A stretch of 64,000 bases of DNA from Dehalococcoidia bacterium (GTDB taxonomy: Bacteria > Chloroflexota > Dehalococcoidia > GIF9 > UBA5629): assembly GCA_050011565.1 (NCBI GenBank), contig JBEKIW010000004.1:64001-128000 (forward strand), given 5' to 3'. The notes beneath the pieces are model-generated. The model had not been told where the DNA came from. It did no database searches and was given only the letters and a program-made list of their open reading frames with translations. Positions within the stretch are counted from its first letter, which is position 1. Each line of letters starts with the position of its first letter. This document shows, one piece after another, positions 29,752 through 39,058 of this stretch. Made by a program: the position numbers and the translations under genes.

Positions 29752-31194
29752 ATGGTAGGCATTAAATCATACGGCGCTTACATCCCAAGGTATCGGATAA
29801 ATCACAATACAATCTTTTCTGCAGTAGGGTTCCTTGGTACTTTTCCGCCACCGGGTGAGAACGCAGTTGCCAACCATGATGAGGATACGCTTAGCATGGC
29901 AGTAGCTGCCGGCGTTGATTGCTTGAATAGCATGAAAAGAGAGGAGATAGAAGGACTCTATCTGGCAACCACCAGCCAGCCCTATATGTTAAGGCAGAAC
30001 TCAGCATTAGTGGCGGCTGCACTGGACCTGCAAAATAATATTAGAACTGCAGATTTCCTTGGCTCTAACAAGGCAGGAACGGGTGCACTTCTTTCTGCCT
30101 TTGACGCCGTCAAAGGCGGTACATTAACCAATGTACTGGTCTGTGCCTCTGATTGCCGTGTAAGTAAACCGGGTAGCTCGCAAGAGCCTCTATATGGTGA
30201 TGCCGCTGCCGCTGTCCTTATGAGCAGTGATGACGTCATTGCTACACTCGAAGGTCACTTTTCTATATCTTATGATTTTCCTGACCGCTGGAAAGCAACC
30301 AGTGATAAATTTGAACATGCCTGGGAAGATAGGTTTATTCGCGACGCGGGCTATACCAAGATTATACCCGAGGCAATTTCCGGCCTGCTGAAAAAGTACA
30401 ACTTAGCTATTACTGACTTCACCAAAATTGCATTTCCTGACCTTTATCCTAGAGAACATGCCGCGATAGTCAAACGATTGGGCGCCGACCCTCGCCAGAT
30501 TCAGACATCGTTGCTGGATAAAGTCGGTGATAGCGGTGCGGCTTCGCCCCTGATGATGCTGGTGGCAGCGCTGGAAGATGCCAAGCCAGGGGATAAGATA
30601 ATGGTTGCCAGCTTCGGAAATGGCAGCGATGCTATGTTTTTCCAGGTAACTGAAAAGATTAAGAAGATAGGTGATAGGCGTGGCATAAAGAAGAATTTGG
30701 AGACGAAAAAGGAGCTTGCCAGTTACGAAAAATACCTCGCCTTTCGTAATCTGACACCTGTGGAGTTGGGGATGCGGGGTGAAATAGGTTTTCGCACTCC
30801 CATGTCTACATTGTTCAGGGAACGAGAAACAGTTTTGGCCCTGTGCGGCTCTAAATGTAAGCGTTGCGGGACGCCGCAATATCCACGCCAAAGAATATGC
30901 GTTAATCCTGACTGTGGTGCTGTAGACCAAATGGAGGGCTATCGTTTTTCTGATAAAAAAGGTGTGCTGTTTACTTATACAGGTGACAATCTGGCAGCCA
31001 GCATTGACCCGCCCGCGATTTATGGGTTCGTAGATTTTGATGGCGGAGGAAGGTTCTGGTTTGACATTACTGATTGCGACCTGGACTCGACTAAAGTGGG
31101 CATGCCTGTGGAGATGACCTTTCGCAGGAGATATGTTGATGAGAGCGGTGGTGTTTATGGCTATTCCTGGAAAGCAATGCCAGTGCGTGCCTAA
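29752..31194 (+). CDS. HMG-CoA-synthase-like domain fused to a DUF35 Zn-ribbon/OB fold
   Basis: GI.SYGAYIP.YR, DEDTLSMAV and GDAAAA motifs; C-terminal CKRCG..YPRQRIC...C, GMPVEMTFR. Confidence 0.85.
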   Translation: MVGIKSYGAYIPRYRINHNTIFSAVGFLGTFPPPGENAVANHDEDTLSMAVAAGVDCLNSMKREEIEGLYLATTSQPYMLRQNSALVAAALDLQNNIRTADFLGSNKAGTGALLSAFDAVKGGTLTNVLVCASDCRVSKPGSSQEPLYGDAAAAVLMSSDDVIATLEGHFSISYDFPDRWKATSDKFEHAWEDRFIRDAGYTKIIPEAISGLLKKYNLAITDFTKIAFPDLYPREHAAIVKRLGADPRQIQTSLLDKVGDSGAASPLMMLVAALEDAKPGDKIMVASFGNGSDAMFFQVTEKIKKIGDRRGIKKNLETKKELASYEKYLAFRNLTPVELGMRGEIGFRTPMSTLFRERETVLALCGSKCKRCGTPQYPRQRICVNPDCGAVDQMEGYRFSDKKGVLFTYTGDNLAASIDPPAIYGFVDFDGGGRFWFDITDCDLDSTKVGMPVEMTFRRRYVDESGGVYGYSWKAMPVRA

Positions 31195-31226
31195 GCGTCA
31201 AAACTGACTTTACGGAGGATACGAAA

Positions 31227-32429
31227 ATGGCAGAAGGTATTAGAGATAAGGTAGCTATCATCGGCATGGGCTGTACAAAATTTGGTGAGTTGTGGGATAA
31301 AGGCGCTGAAGACCTGATGGTGGACGCCTTCCAGGAATGCATTGAGGACGCCGGTATGGAAAAGAAGGATATCCAGGCAGCCTGGTTTGGCGTGCATTTT
31401 GAGGAGCAAAGTGTGGGAAAAGGGGCTACCTCTATGGCACTAGCGCTAAAGCTTCCTTTTATTCCTGTTACCAGGGTTGAAAACTTCTGCGCTACCGGCA
31501 CGGAAGCTCTGAGAGGGGCTTGTTACGGCGTAGCTTCGGGGGCATACGATATCGCTTTAGCCTTAGGTGTGGAAAAGCTAAAGGATACCGGGTATGGCGG
31601 CCTTCCCGGCGGCCAGGGCCTTTTAGGGTCCAGAAATGCGCTTATAATGCCTAAAATAACAGCACCGGGAAGTTTTGCCATGCTGGCGACGAGGTATTTC
31701 GCAGTGTACAGCCTCAGCCCCGAAGAAGGTAAGAAAATGCTGGCCAGGGTATCAGCCAAAAGCCATCATAATGGTTCTTTGAACCCCAAGGCACATCTGC
31801 GACGCGAAATAACTGTGGAGCAGGTTATGAATGCTCCAATAATTGCCTGGCCGCTGGGGCTTTTCGATTGCTGCGGTGTCAGCGATGGTTCGGCAGCAGC
31901 TATCGTAACCACAGCTGAGCTGGCTAAAAAGTTCAGGCCTGACCCCGTATATATCAAATCTCTCCAGATTGCCTTAAGTTCGGGCGAGGAATTGATGTAT
32001 ACCAAATGGGATGGCGCGCATGTCGAGACCGGATTTCGCGCCGGAGTTCAAGCCTATAAAGAGGCCGGAGTTAAAAATCCGCGTAAAGAAATTAGCATGG
32101 CTGAAGTACATGACTGCTTCTCCATAACCGAAGCGGTAACTATGGAGGATTTGCAGTTCAGTCCCCGAGGAAAGGTTAAAGAAGATATCGAGGCTGGACG
32201 TTTCAATCTGGACGGCGAGCAGCCTGTTCAGCCCGACGGCGGATTGAAATGTTTCGGGCATCCTATCGGTGCCTCCGGCCTGCGTATGATGTACGAGATG
32301 TATAAGCAGCTGCAGGGCAAAGCCCAGTTGCCGGAACGACAGTTAAAGAACCCCAAGCTGGGATTAACTCATAATATGGGTGGCTTTCCGGCCATGAATA
32401 TTGTTAGCGTGGCCATTGTTGGGTTATAA
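31227..32429 (+). CDS. Thiolase (SCP2/archaeal-type acetyl-CoA acetyltransferase)
   Basis: VENFCATG, EVHDCF, GHPIGASG and HNMGG motifs. Confidence 0.9.
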   Translation: MAEGIRDKVAIIGMGCTKFGELWDKGAEDLMVDAFQECIEDAGMEKKDIQAAWFGVHFEEQSVGKGATSMALALKLPFIPVTRVENFCATGTEALRGACYGVASGAYDIALALGVEKLKDTGYGGLPGGQGLLGSRNALIMPKITAPGSFAMLATRYFAVYSLSPEEGKKMLARVSAKSHHNGSLNPKAHLRREITVEQVMNAPIIAWPLGLFDCCGVSDGSAAAIVTTAELAKKFRPDPVYIKSLQIALSSGEELMYTKWDGAHVETGFRAGVQAYKEAGVKNPRKEISMAEVHDCFSITEAVTMEDLQFSPRGKVKEDIEAGRFNLDGEQPVQPDGGLKCFGHPIGASGLRMMYEMYKQLQGKAQLPERQLKNPKLGLTHNMGGFPAMNIVSVAIVGL

Positions 32430-32754
32430 GACGGAAGAATGAACTTAAAAGGCAGGCTGTGGCTGATGGTGCGCCGGCGATATTTGACCTATATCAGGAA
32501 AGGGTATATGCTGGGCAGTAATTTACGTCTGATGCTATTGACATGCTGTGGTATAATATTTGCCGTACCTCCGATTGTATTTTGTATTGAATATGCTATA
32601 AACTGGTCACATGAATAAAAAACAAATCTTATTAGTGGAAGGGGGTGGTCGTATCGAGTGAATAAGACCAAGCATGCCGGGGCAAACATCGGTCGATGGT
32701 GTTTGTCAGCAAATTTGTCCTTAAGAGGAAATGTTTTAGGAGGTTAATGGCTAA

Positions 32755-34644
32755 GTGAAAAAAGTTCTGTTCTTATTGTTTACCTGTCTCTTACTTGTAG
32801 CGATTGTACTTCCTGCCTGTAAGCCTGGTCCAGCAGTTACCGGGCCAGTAATAAAGATAGGCGTCATCGGGCCGATGCAATATATACAGGGCGAGCATCA
32901 CTGGTGGGGTGCTGAGATGGCTCGTGATGAAATAAATGCGGCAGGTGGTGTAAAGGTCCTCCCTGACCAGCCCCCGTATATGGTTGAGCTAATCAAAGCA
33001 GACTCCAATGAAATAAACAGCATTACCGATGCCTCCGCGGCCATGGAAAAGTTGATAACGGTAGACAAGGCACAATTTGTGGTCGGGGGCTTCAGGACGG
33101 AAGCTGTCTTCCCCATGCAGGAAGTCGCCATGGACAACAAGATAATTTTCATGAATTGTGGCGCGGCTACACTTGCACTACAAACGCCGGTGTTGACGAA
33201 TTATGACCGCTATAAGTACTACTTCAGAGTCACTCCATTCCAATCCGGCTATCTAGTCCAGAATGTGTTAATGTCAATGTCAATGGCCGAAAAAATAATA
33301 AAAGAGGATACCGGGATACAAAGGCCGTTGAATGCTGCTGTCTTTACTGAAGGGGCGCAGTGGGCTGATGCCATAACGTCAATCATGCAATCGCTGATTC
33401 CTACGAAGCTGGGTATGAAAGTCGTTGGCACATGGAGACCATCGCCTACAGCCACAGATTGTAATGCCGAGATGGCAGCTATACAAGCTGCTAACACCGA
33501 CATTATCGGTGAAGTTATATCCGGCCCGCTTGGTGTACCATATGCCAGGTCATGGGGCGAGCTGAAAGTACCGGCAGCTTCAGTGGGCATTAACGTTGAG
33601 TCCCAGGCTTTCACCTTCTGGGAAGCGACTCAGCATTTCGGCAACTTGGAGACTGGCCTGGTTACATTAGCTGAGAACACAGCGGTTACGCCGAAGACTG
33701 TCCCGTTCTACAATGCCTTTGTAGCGAAGACCGGACAGCCACCCATATATACTGGTGCCGGCACTTACGATGCCGTCTATACCTTGGCAGAAGCCATAAC
33801 CCGGGCAGGGACTCTGGATTCAGATGCCGTGGTTGCTGAGCTGGAAAAGACGGATAGAGTTGGGGCTGGGGCCCGCCTTGTATTTACGGGTATTGATGAT
33901 CCGTCGAAGGATCCTCACGACGTGACCTACGGTCCCGGATTTTCAACGGGTATCGCCGGGCAGTGGCAGGATGGAAAATTGGTAGGTGTCTGGCCGAACC
34001 CTAACTATGTCGGGTATGTTCCGAATGATGCCTGGAAAACGGTGTCATATGAGGGAATGGTTAAGTGGATACCACGCCCCGAGCTAATCGACAAGTTGAA
34101 GGCCGAGGCGGCTACGCAACCGGCGGCACCCCCAGCGGGAGAACAACCTGCAGCACCTCCGGCGGGAGAACAGCCGGCAGCACCTCCAGCAGCAGGATTA
34201 GCGACTTACACCAACACCGAGTATGGTTTCTCCGTTCAATATCCTGGTGACTGGGTAGCGCGACCAGAGCTCATCATTAAGCCTGAATTCCAAAAGGCTG
34301 CATACGGTGTATCTGGCTTTGTTCCAGGGTTTGTTGCTTATGCCTTTGCTAATCCTCCGGAGGAGTCTAAAGATTGGATCGTTACGTCTTTCAAGGCGAC
34401 AGGCAATACAATGCCTAAAGTGACCTCAGACATCAAACAGGAGACTCTGGCGGATGGTACTCAAGCTTACACGTATAAAGCAAGCTATGTATCTGCCACT
34501 GGATATGGGATAGAGTCGTACGTCCTCGATGCAGATAAGGGAACCACCCGGTTTCGTGTGAATGTATTTACTATACCTGATATGGCTCCTATGGATGAGG
34601 CGCTGGCTTCGCAAGTTGCTCACTCTTTGACCTTTACAAAGTAA
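32755..34644 (+). CDS. LivJ/K-family ABC substrate-binding lipoprotein with a C-terminal PsbP-like domain
   Basis: Lipobox LPAC; IKIGVIGP, EINAAGGV and YFRV motifs; Pro/Ala linker then YTNTEYGFSVQYP.DW. Confidence 0.85.
   Translation: MKKVLFLLFTCLLLVAIVLPACKPGPAVTGPVIKIGVIGPMQYIQGEHHWWGAEMARDEINAAGGVKVLPDQPPYMVELIKADSNEINSITDASAAMEKLITVDKAQFVVGGFRTEAVFPMQEVAMDNKIIFMNCGAATLALQTPVLTNYDRYKYYFRVTPFQSGYLVQNVLMSMSMAEKIIKEDTGIQRPLNAAVFTEGAQWADAITSIMQSLIPTKLGMKVVGTWRPSPTATDCNAEMAAIQAANTDIIGEVISGPLGVPYARSWGELKVPAASVGINVESQAFTFWEATQHFGNLETGLVTLAENTAVTPKTVPFYNAFVAKTGQPPIYTGAGTYDAVYTLAEAITRAGTLDSDAVVAELEKTDRVGAGARLVFTGIDDPSKDPHDVTYGPGFSTGIAGQWQDGKLVGVWPNPNYVGYVPNDAWKTVSYEGMVKWIPRPELIDKLKAEAATQPAAPPAGEQPAAPPAGEQPAAPPAAGLATYTNTEYGFSVQYPGDWVARPELIIKPEFQKAAYGVSGFVPGFVAYAFANPPEESKDWIVTSFKATGNTMPKVTSDIKQETLADGTQAYTYKASYVSATGYGIESYVLDADKGTTRFRVNVFTIPDMAPMDEALASQVAHSLTFTK
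34117..34194 (+). repeat. 27-bp coding tandem repeat, (QPAAPPAGE) x ~3
   Basis: CAACCGGCGGCACCCCCAGCGGGAGAA-type units. Confidence 0.8.
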
Positions 34645-34659
34645 CCATTTTAAATATTA

Positions 34660-34691
34660 GCGAGACCCCAGGCCAACGCCTGGGGTCTCGC
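34660..34691 (+). terminator. Strong GC stem-loop after the SBP gene (terminator or mRNA stabiliser)
   Basis: GCGAGACCCCAGGC-caac-GCCTGGGGTCTCGC; no U tract. Confidence 0.6.
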
Positions 34692-34786
34692 CAGAGGCTT
34701 ATCAGACGAATTGCCGGTCGGCAGTTTTTGAGGACGGCAAGCCTAGATTGAGAATGTTATATGGCAAATTAGCAAAAGGAGATGCG

Positions 34787-35431
34787 ATGACGAACAAGAC
34801 ATACAAATTCGTAACAGTGTTAATGGTCATGCTGCTTGTTCTGGGTCTGGCCTTAGTGGCCTGCAAGGCACCGGCTGAAACAGTAACGCCACCGGCTCCA
34901 CCCGAACAACAAGCGACGCCACCGGCTGAACAACAAGCGACGCCACCGGCTGAACAACCAGCTACACCGCCGGCTGCACACCAACTGACATATACAGCTA
35001 AAACATATACTAATAGCCAGTATGGCTTCTCAATCCAGTACCCAAAGGATTGGGTAGAGCGCCCCGAAATCGCCAATGGGAGCCTTATCATTGCCTTCGG
35101 TGTACCCGGGTTCGTTCCTGGCGTAAGTATGAGTGTACGTGATGCAAATGAACCTATGACTGCCGATTGGGTCGTGGCAGCGAATACGGCTGAGGGGAAC
35201 ACGAAGGTTAAAGTTACGTCACCTCCGACAGAGACAACTCTGTTTGACGGCACGCCGGCAGTTCAGTACGTATCGAAGTTTACGTCTGGACAATACGACA
35301 TTGTTTCTTTTGCCACCAGCACAGACAAGAACGGCAAGCGGATTCGTGCCACTGTATGGACTATAGACGCGTTCTCTCCTTACGATGAGGCACTGTTCTC
35401 TGAGATAGCACACACCTTGTCAGTTAAATAA
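34787..35431 (+). CDS. Lipoprotein with Pro/Ala/Gln linker and PsbP-like domain
   Basis: SD AAGGAG before the ATG at 34787; lipobox LVAC; YTNSQYGFSIQYPKDW; paralogous to the SBP C-terminus. Confidence 0.8.
   Translation: MTNKTYKFVTVLMVMLLVLGLALVACKAPAETVTPPAPPEQQATPPAEQQATPPAEQPATPPAAHQLTYTAKTYTNSQYGFSIQYPKDWVERPEIANGSLIIAFGVPGFVPGVSMSVRDANEPMTADWVVAANTAEGNTKVKVTSPPTETTLFDGTPAVQYVSKFTSGQYDIVSFATSTDKNGKRIRATVWTIDAFSPYDEALFSEIAHTLSVK
34868..34976 (+). repeat. 24-bp coding tandem repeat (PPAEQQAT)
   Basis: CCACCGGCTGAACAACAAGCGACG units. Confidence 0.8.
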
Positions 35432-35450
35432 GAAATCGTTTTAGTCCTGT

Positions 35451-35488
35451 ATGGAGGCTGCAGGCCGGTTACAGTCTGTAGTCTCCAT
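35451..35488 (+). terminator. Intergenic stem-loop before livH
   Basis: ATGGAGGCTGCAGGC...GTCTGTAGTCTCCAT with G-U pairs on the plus strand. Confidence 0.5.
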
Positions 35489-35565
35489 GAAGGTTAGCGG
35501 AACAAGTATGCCGTTTGGTACCGTAGAGTTAGGCAAGTAAGATTGAAGGTTAGGTAAGATAAGAT

Positions 35566-36438
35566 ATGGTTGAAGGAATTATAGTTCAGACTCTGGTGAA
35601 AGGAAGTGTATATGCGCTCCTGGCTCTCGGTTTCGCCCTAATCTTTGGGGTAGCCCGGGTGCTACAGCTGTCGCATACCGCGTTTTACATGCTGGCAGCC
35701 TACGGGATATTTGCTTTCGCCAGCTTACTCGGTTGGAGTCCGATTGTGTCCATTATCCTGTCTATAGTCATTACTACCGGGCTGGGGCTTCTGGTGTACA
35801 AGCTACTTATCGACCGTGTACGTGAGCACCACGTAACCGTGATGCTGATAACCCTGGCTGTAGCCATGATGTTTCAGCAGATCATGATTATTGCCTTCTC
35901 AGGTCAATATCGTTCAGCGCCGGCTTTTGTCACAGGATACTGGGAAATACTCGGCGTAAAAGTCGTCTTCCAGAATTTGCTGGTATTTGCTGGTGCGGCG
36001 GTTGTTCTGCTCATCGTATGGGCGCTTTTGTCAAAGACAAGACTGGGTATTGCCATCAGGGCTACCGCTCAGGACACCGAAATTGCCAATCTAATGGGGA
36101 TAAATGTCTCCACTATACTGTTCACGGTTATGGGTATTGCCGCGGCACTGGCCGCGGTTGCCGGCGTGCTGGTGGCTCCAACGTTGGTCCTTGAACCTGG
36201 TATGCTGTGGCCTCCATTCGTCATGGTCATGGCGATAATTACTCTGGGTGGTCTGGGAAGCGTCAAGGGAAGTGTCATCGGAGCTTTTATTCTGGCCCTG
36301 GTTGAAACCCTGGTTGTTTTCTTGCTGCCTACCGGTGCCTTTCTTAAGGGGGCCGCCGCCTTGCTGGTCATGGTGATAGTACTCATTGTAAGGCCTGAGG
36401 GTCTATTTGGCGTAGTTTTCGAAGAGGAGAGATTGTAA
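35566..36438 (+). CDS. Branched-chain amino acid-type ABC permease (LivH family)
   Basis: GSVYALLALGFALIFGV, TRLGIAIRA..D.EIA.LMGI, GGLGS and RPEGLFG motifs. Confidence 0.92.
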   Translation: MVEGIIVQTLVKGSVYALLALGFALIFGVARVLQLSHTAFYMLAAYGIFAFASLLGWSPIVSIILSIVITTGLGLLVYKLLIDRVREHHVTVMLITLAVAMMFQQIMIIAFSGQYRSAPAFVTGYWEILGVKVVFQNLLVFAGAAVVLLIVWALLSKTRLGIAIRATAQDTEIANLMGINVSTILFTVMGIAAALAAVAGVLVAPTLVLEPGMLWPPFVMVMAIITLGGLGSVKGSVIGAFILALVETLVVFLLPTGAFLKGAAALLVMVIVLIVRPEGLFGVVFEEERL

Positions 36439-36439
36439 A

Positions 36440-37489
36440 TTGCTAAGTAGATTATTTAAAGATTTTCAGGGCGATGTAGTGGCCATACCGGGCAGGTTAA
36501 TAGCTTTAATTTTCTTTGTGCTCTTGTTTCTAATTCCTGCATTTACACAGCAGCCTTACATACTGCGTATGCTGATTTTTACGAATATGTTCGTTATCTT
36601 CGCCGTAAGCTGGGATTTTATATCCGGCTATACCGGCCAGTTGAACTTCGGTCATGCCCTCTTCTTCGGGGTGGCCGCCTACACGACAGCTTTGCTGAAC
36701 AGGGGAGGCGACCTGGGCCCGCACTGGCCAATATGGGTAACCATACCGCTGGGTGCCATTGCAGCGGTAATAGCCGGCGTTGTCATGTGTTTGCCGGCAT
36801 TGAGGTTGAGGGGACCCTATCTGGCTCTGGTAACCCTGGCGTTTCCACTTATTCTTCTCGGGGTTATTTTCTCTTTTACCAAGTTTACCGGTGGTGAGTT
36901 AGGAATTTCCGGTATTGACCGCATTTCCGATTCCAGAACAGTAGAGTACTACATCTCAGTGCTCGTCATGATCGTCTCGGTATTCATAATGTGGAAGCTT
37001 ACGGATGCCCAGAGCGGCCTGGTCAGGACAGGGATTATTCTTCATGCTATACGCGAGGATGAAATTGCAGCTCGCGCCAGCGGAATAAATACAATACGAT
37101 ATAAGCTGTTCGCCTTTGCTGTAGGCGGCTTCTTCGCCGGAATAGCAGGCGGCTTTTATGCGCACTTCCTGAGAATTGCCGGTCCTTCCTCCCTGGACCT
37201 TACATTGTCGTTCCAAGCCATAATATGGACTGTTTTCGGAGGTATTGTTAGCATTTACGGGGCGGTGGTGGGGGTTTATATACTTTATCCTCTGATGGAG
37301 TCCCTGCGTTCTATCTCGGAGTACCGGATGTTAATCTTTGCCGTCATAGTGATACTGATTCTTCTTTTCATGCCTGAAGGCATTGCCGTCTGGATACGGG
37401 ACAAGATTGAGAGACAATGTCCACGTTGCAAGCTGACTAATGTGTCATGGCGTCATACCTGTAGAGCTTGCAGCGCTGACCTGTACTAG
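36440..37489 (+). CDS. LivM-family ABC permease with a C-terminal Zn ribbon
   Basis: GYTGQLNFGHALFFG, LRLRGPYLAL and AIREDE.AA motifs; terminal CPRC...N...CRAC. Confidence 0.92.
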   Translation: MLSRLFKDFQGDVVAIPGRLIALIFFVLLFLIPAFTQQPYILRMLIFTNMFVIFAVSWDFISGYTGQLNFGHALFFGVAAYTTALLNRGGDLGPHWPIWVTIPLGAIAAVIAGVVMCLPALRLRGPYLALVTLAFPLILLGVIFSFTKFTGGELGISGIDRISDSRTVEYYISVLVMIVSVFIMWKLTDAQSGLVRTGIILHAIREDEIAARASGINTIRYKLFAFAVGGFFAGIAGGFYAHFLRIAGPSSLDLTLSFQAIIWTVFGGIVSIYGAVVGVYILYPLMESLRSISEYRMLIFAVIVILILLFMPEGIAVWIRDKIERQCPRCKLTNVSWRHTCRACSADLY

Positions 37490-37541
37490 GGGATGCTTGG
37501 ATAAGTAAAAGCTTACAATCTTCTGGGAAAAGCTAGAGATT

Positions 37542-38291
37542 CTAGAGGCCGAGATACGTCTTTCTGATAGTTTCGTCTTTGAGCAACTCTGCAGCTGTTC
37601 CTTGGGCGATGATATGGCCTCTTGACATAACGTAATTTCTTACTGAGAGGCTAAAAGCGAAACTGACATCTTGTTCAGCCAGTAAAATAGTAACACCCAG
37701 TTCGCGGTAAATCTCTTCTACACGTTTAAACAGGTCCTGCTTTAATTTTGGTGCCAGGCCGCTTGAGGGTTCGTCAACCATCATGAACTTAGGGCGACGC
37801 ATCAACGACCTGCCAATAGCCAGCATTTGACGTTCACCGCCGGATAGTGTTCCCGATATTTGATTCTGTCGTTCTTTCAGTCTGGGAAAGAGCTCATAGA
37901 CCTTTTCCATGCTACTATTAATTGCCTTCTGGTCCTTGACAAGATAAGCGCCGGCCAGCAGGTTATCTTTAACCGTCATTTCAACAAATGGCCTGCCTCG
38001 CTCCGGGCAAAGGAGCAGACCTCTTTTGGCTATATCAGATGCCGACAGATTTTCAATCCTCTCACCCTCGAACTCTATAATCCCATCGAAGGTTATATCA
38101 GCCTGTCTGGTTCCTTTTGAGACCTCTTTCTCCCACTTTATTAATCCTGCCATAGCCCTGAGTAAGGTGCTCTTTCCGGCACCGTTGGGGCCGACAAGGC
38201 TCACCAATTCGCCTTTTTCTACATTAAGGCTGGCGTCATCCAGCACCGTGGCCGTGTCGTAACGGACGGTTACGTTTTTAACTTCCAGCAA
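37542..38291 (-). CDS. LivF-family ABC ATPase
   Basis: GPNGAGKS, LSGGERQMLA and DEPSSGLAP motifs. Confidence 0.92.
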   Translation of the reverse strand: MLEVKNVTVRYDTATVLDDASLNVEKGELVSLVGPNGAGKSTLLRAMAGLIKWEKEVSKGTRQADITFDGIIEFEGERIENLSASDIAKRGLLLCPERGRPFVEMTVKDNLLAGAYLVKDQKAINSSMEKVYELFPRLKERQNQISGTLSGGERQMLAIGRSLMRRPKFMMVDEPSSGLAPKLKQDLFKRVEEIYRELGVTILLAEQDVSFAFSLSVRNYVMSRGHIIAQGTAAELLKDETIRKTYLGL

Positions 38292-39051
38292 TGAGCACCT
38301 CCTTACCTGTGTAAGCTTCGATTACTACGGGGTTTTTGGATATTTCTTCAGGTGTGCCTGTAGCGATGATTTCGCCAAAGCAAAGTACAATTACTCTGTC
38401 TACTATCTTCATCAGCTCACTAAGCTTGTGCTCTATGATAAGCATAGCCGGCCCTTCACTATGAAGCCGGCCGAATCTCCCGCCTTTGTGTAACCGTTTC
38501 ATTGATTTGGCCACAAGCTCGGTTTCGGCTGGGTTCAATCCGCCGAAAGGCTCATCGAGGATAAGCAACTCCGGTTCGGTGGCAATAGCTCTGGCTACCT
38601 CCAGCCGCTTTAAATCCCCGTGTGCTAGAATAGAAGCCGGTTCTAGAGCCATGTCGGCGATACCTACGAATTCCAAAGCGTCTCGTGCCTTTACCTCGAC
38701 TCTTTTGACCCATTCGCCTCGCTTGGATATCCTCGGGCAGAGACAACCTACCATAACGTTAGCTATGATAGGCAAATGGCGGAAAGGTTTTACTACCTGG
38801 AAAGTTCCCACCATACCTCTCTGGACAATATCCCACGATCGTTTTCTGGTTATATCTTTGCCGTCAAGTATGACTTTTCCTGAATCCGGCCTCAATATGC
38901 CGAGTAAGCAGCGTATGAGTGTGGTCTTGCCCGAACCGTTTGGCCCAATCAGGCCGACGATTTCATCTCTTTCTATCTTGAAGCTCACATTATTAACAGC
39001 AGATAGACCGCCGAAGGTCTTGGTTAAATTTTCGACTTCTAGAAACGCCAT
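38278..39051 (-). CDS. LivG-family ABC ATPase
   Basis: FGGLSAV, GPNGSGKT, LEVARA, LDEP and EAY.G motifs. Confidence 0.92.
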   Translation of the reverse strand: MAFLEVENLTKTFGGLSAVNNVSFKIERDEIVGLIGPNGSGKTTLIRCLLGILRPDSGKVILDGKDITRKRSWDIVQRGMVGTFQVVKPFRHLPIIANVMVGCLCPRISKRGEWVKRVEVKARDALEFVGIADMALEPASILAHGDLKRLEVARAIATEPELLILDEPFGGLNPAETELVAKSMKRLHKGGRFGRLHSEGPAMLIIEHKLSELMKIVDRVIVLCFGEIIATGTPEEISKNPVVIEAYTGKEVLIAGS

Positions 39052-39058
39052 TTTATAG

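Noticed and set aside
32680-32710. c-di-GMP-I riboswitch (GGGCAAAC)
   Set aside because: Lacks the GAAA tetraloop/GACGCAAAG continuation and the second stem.
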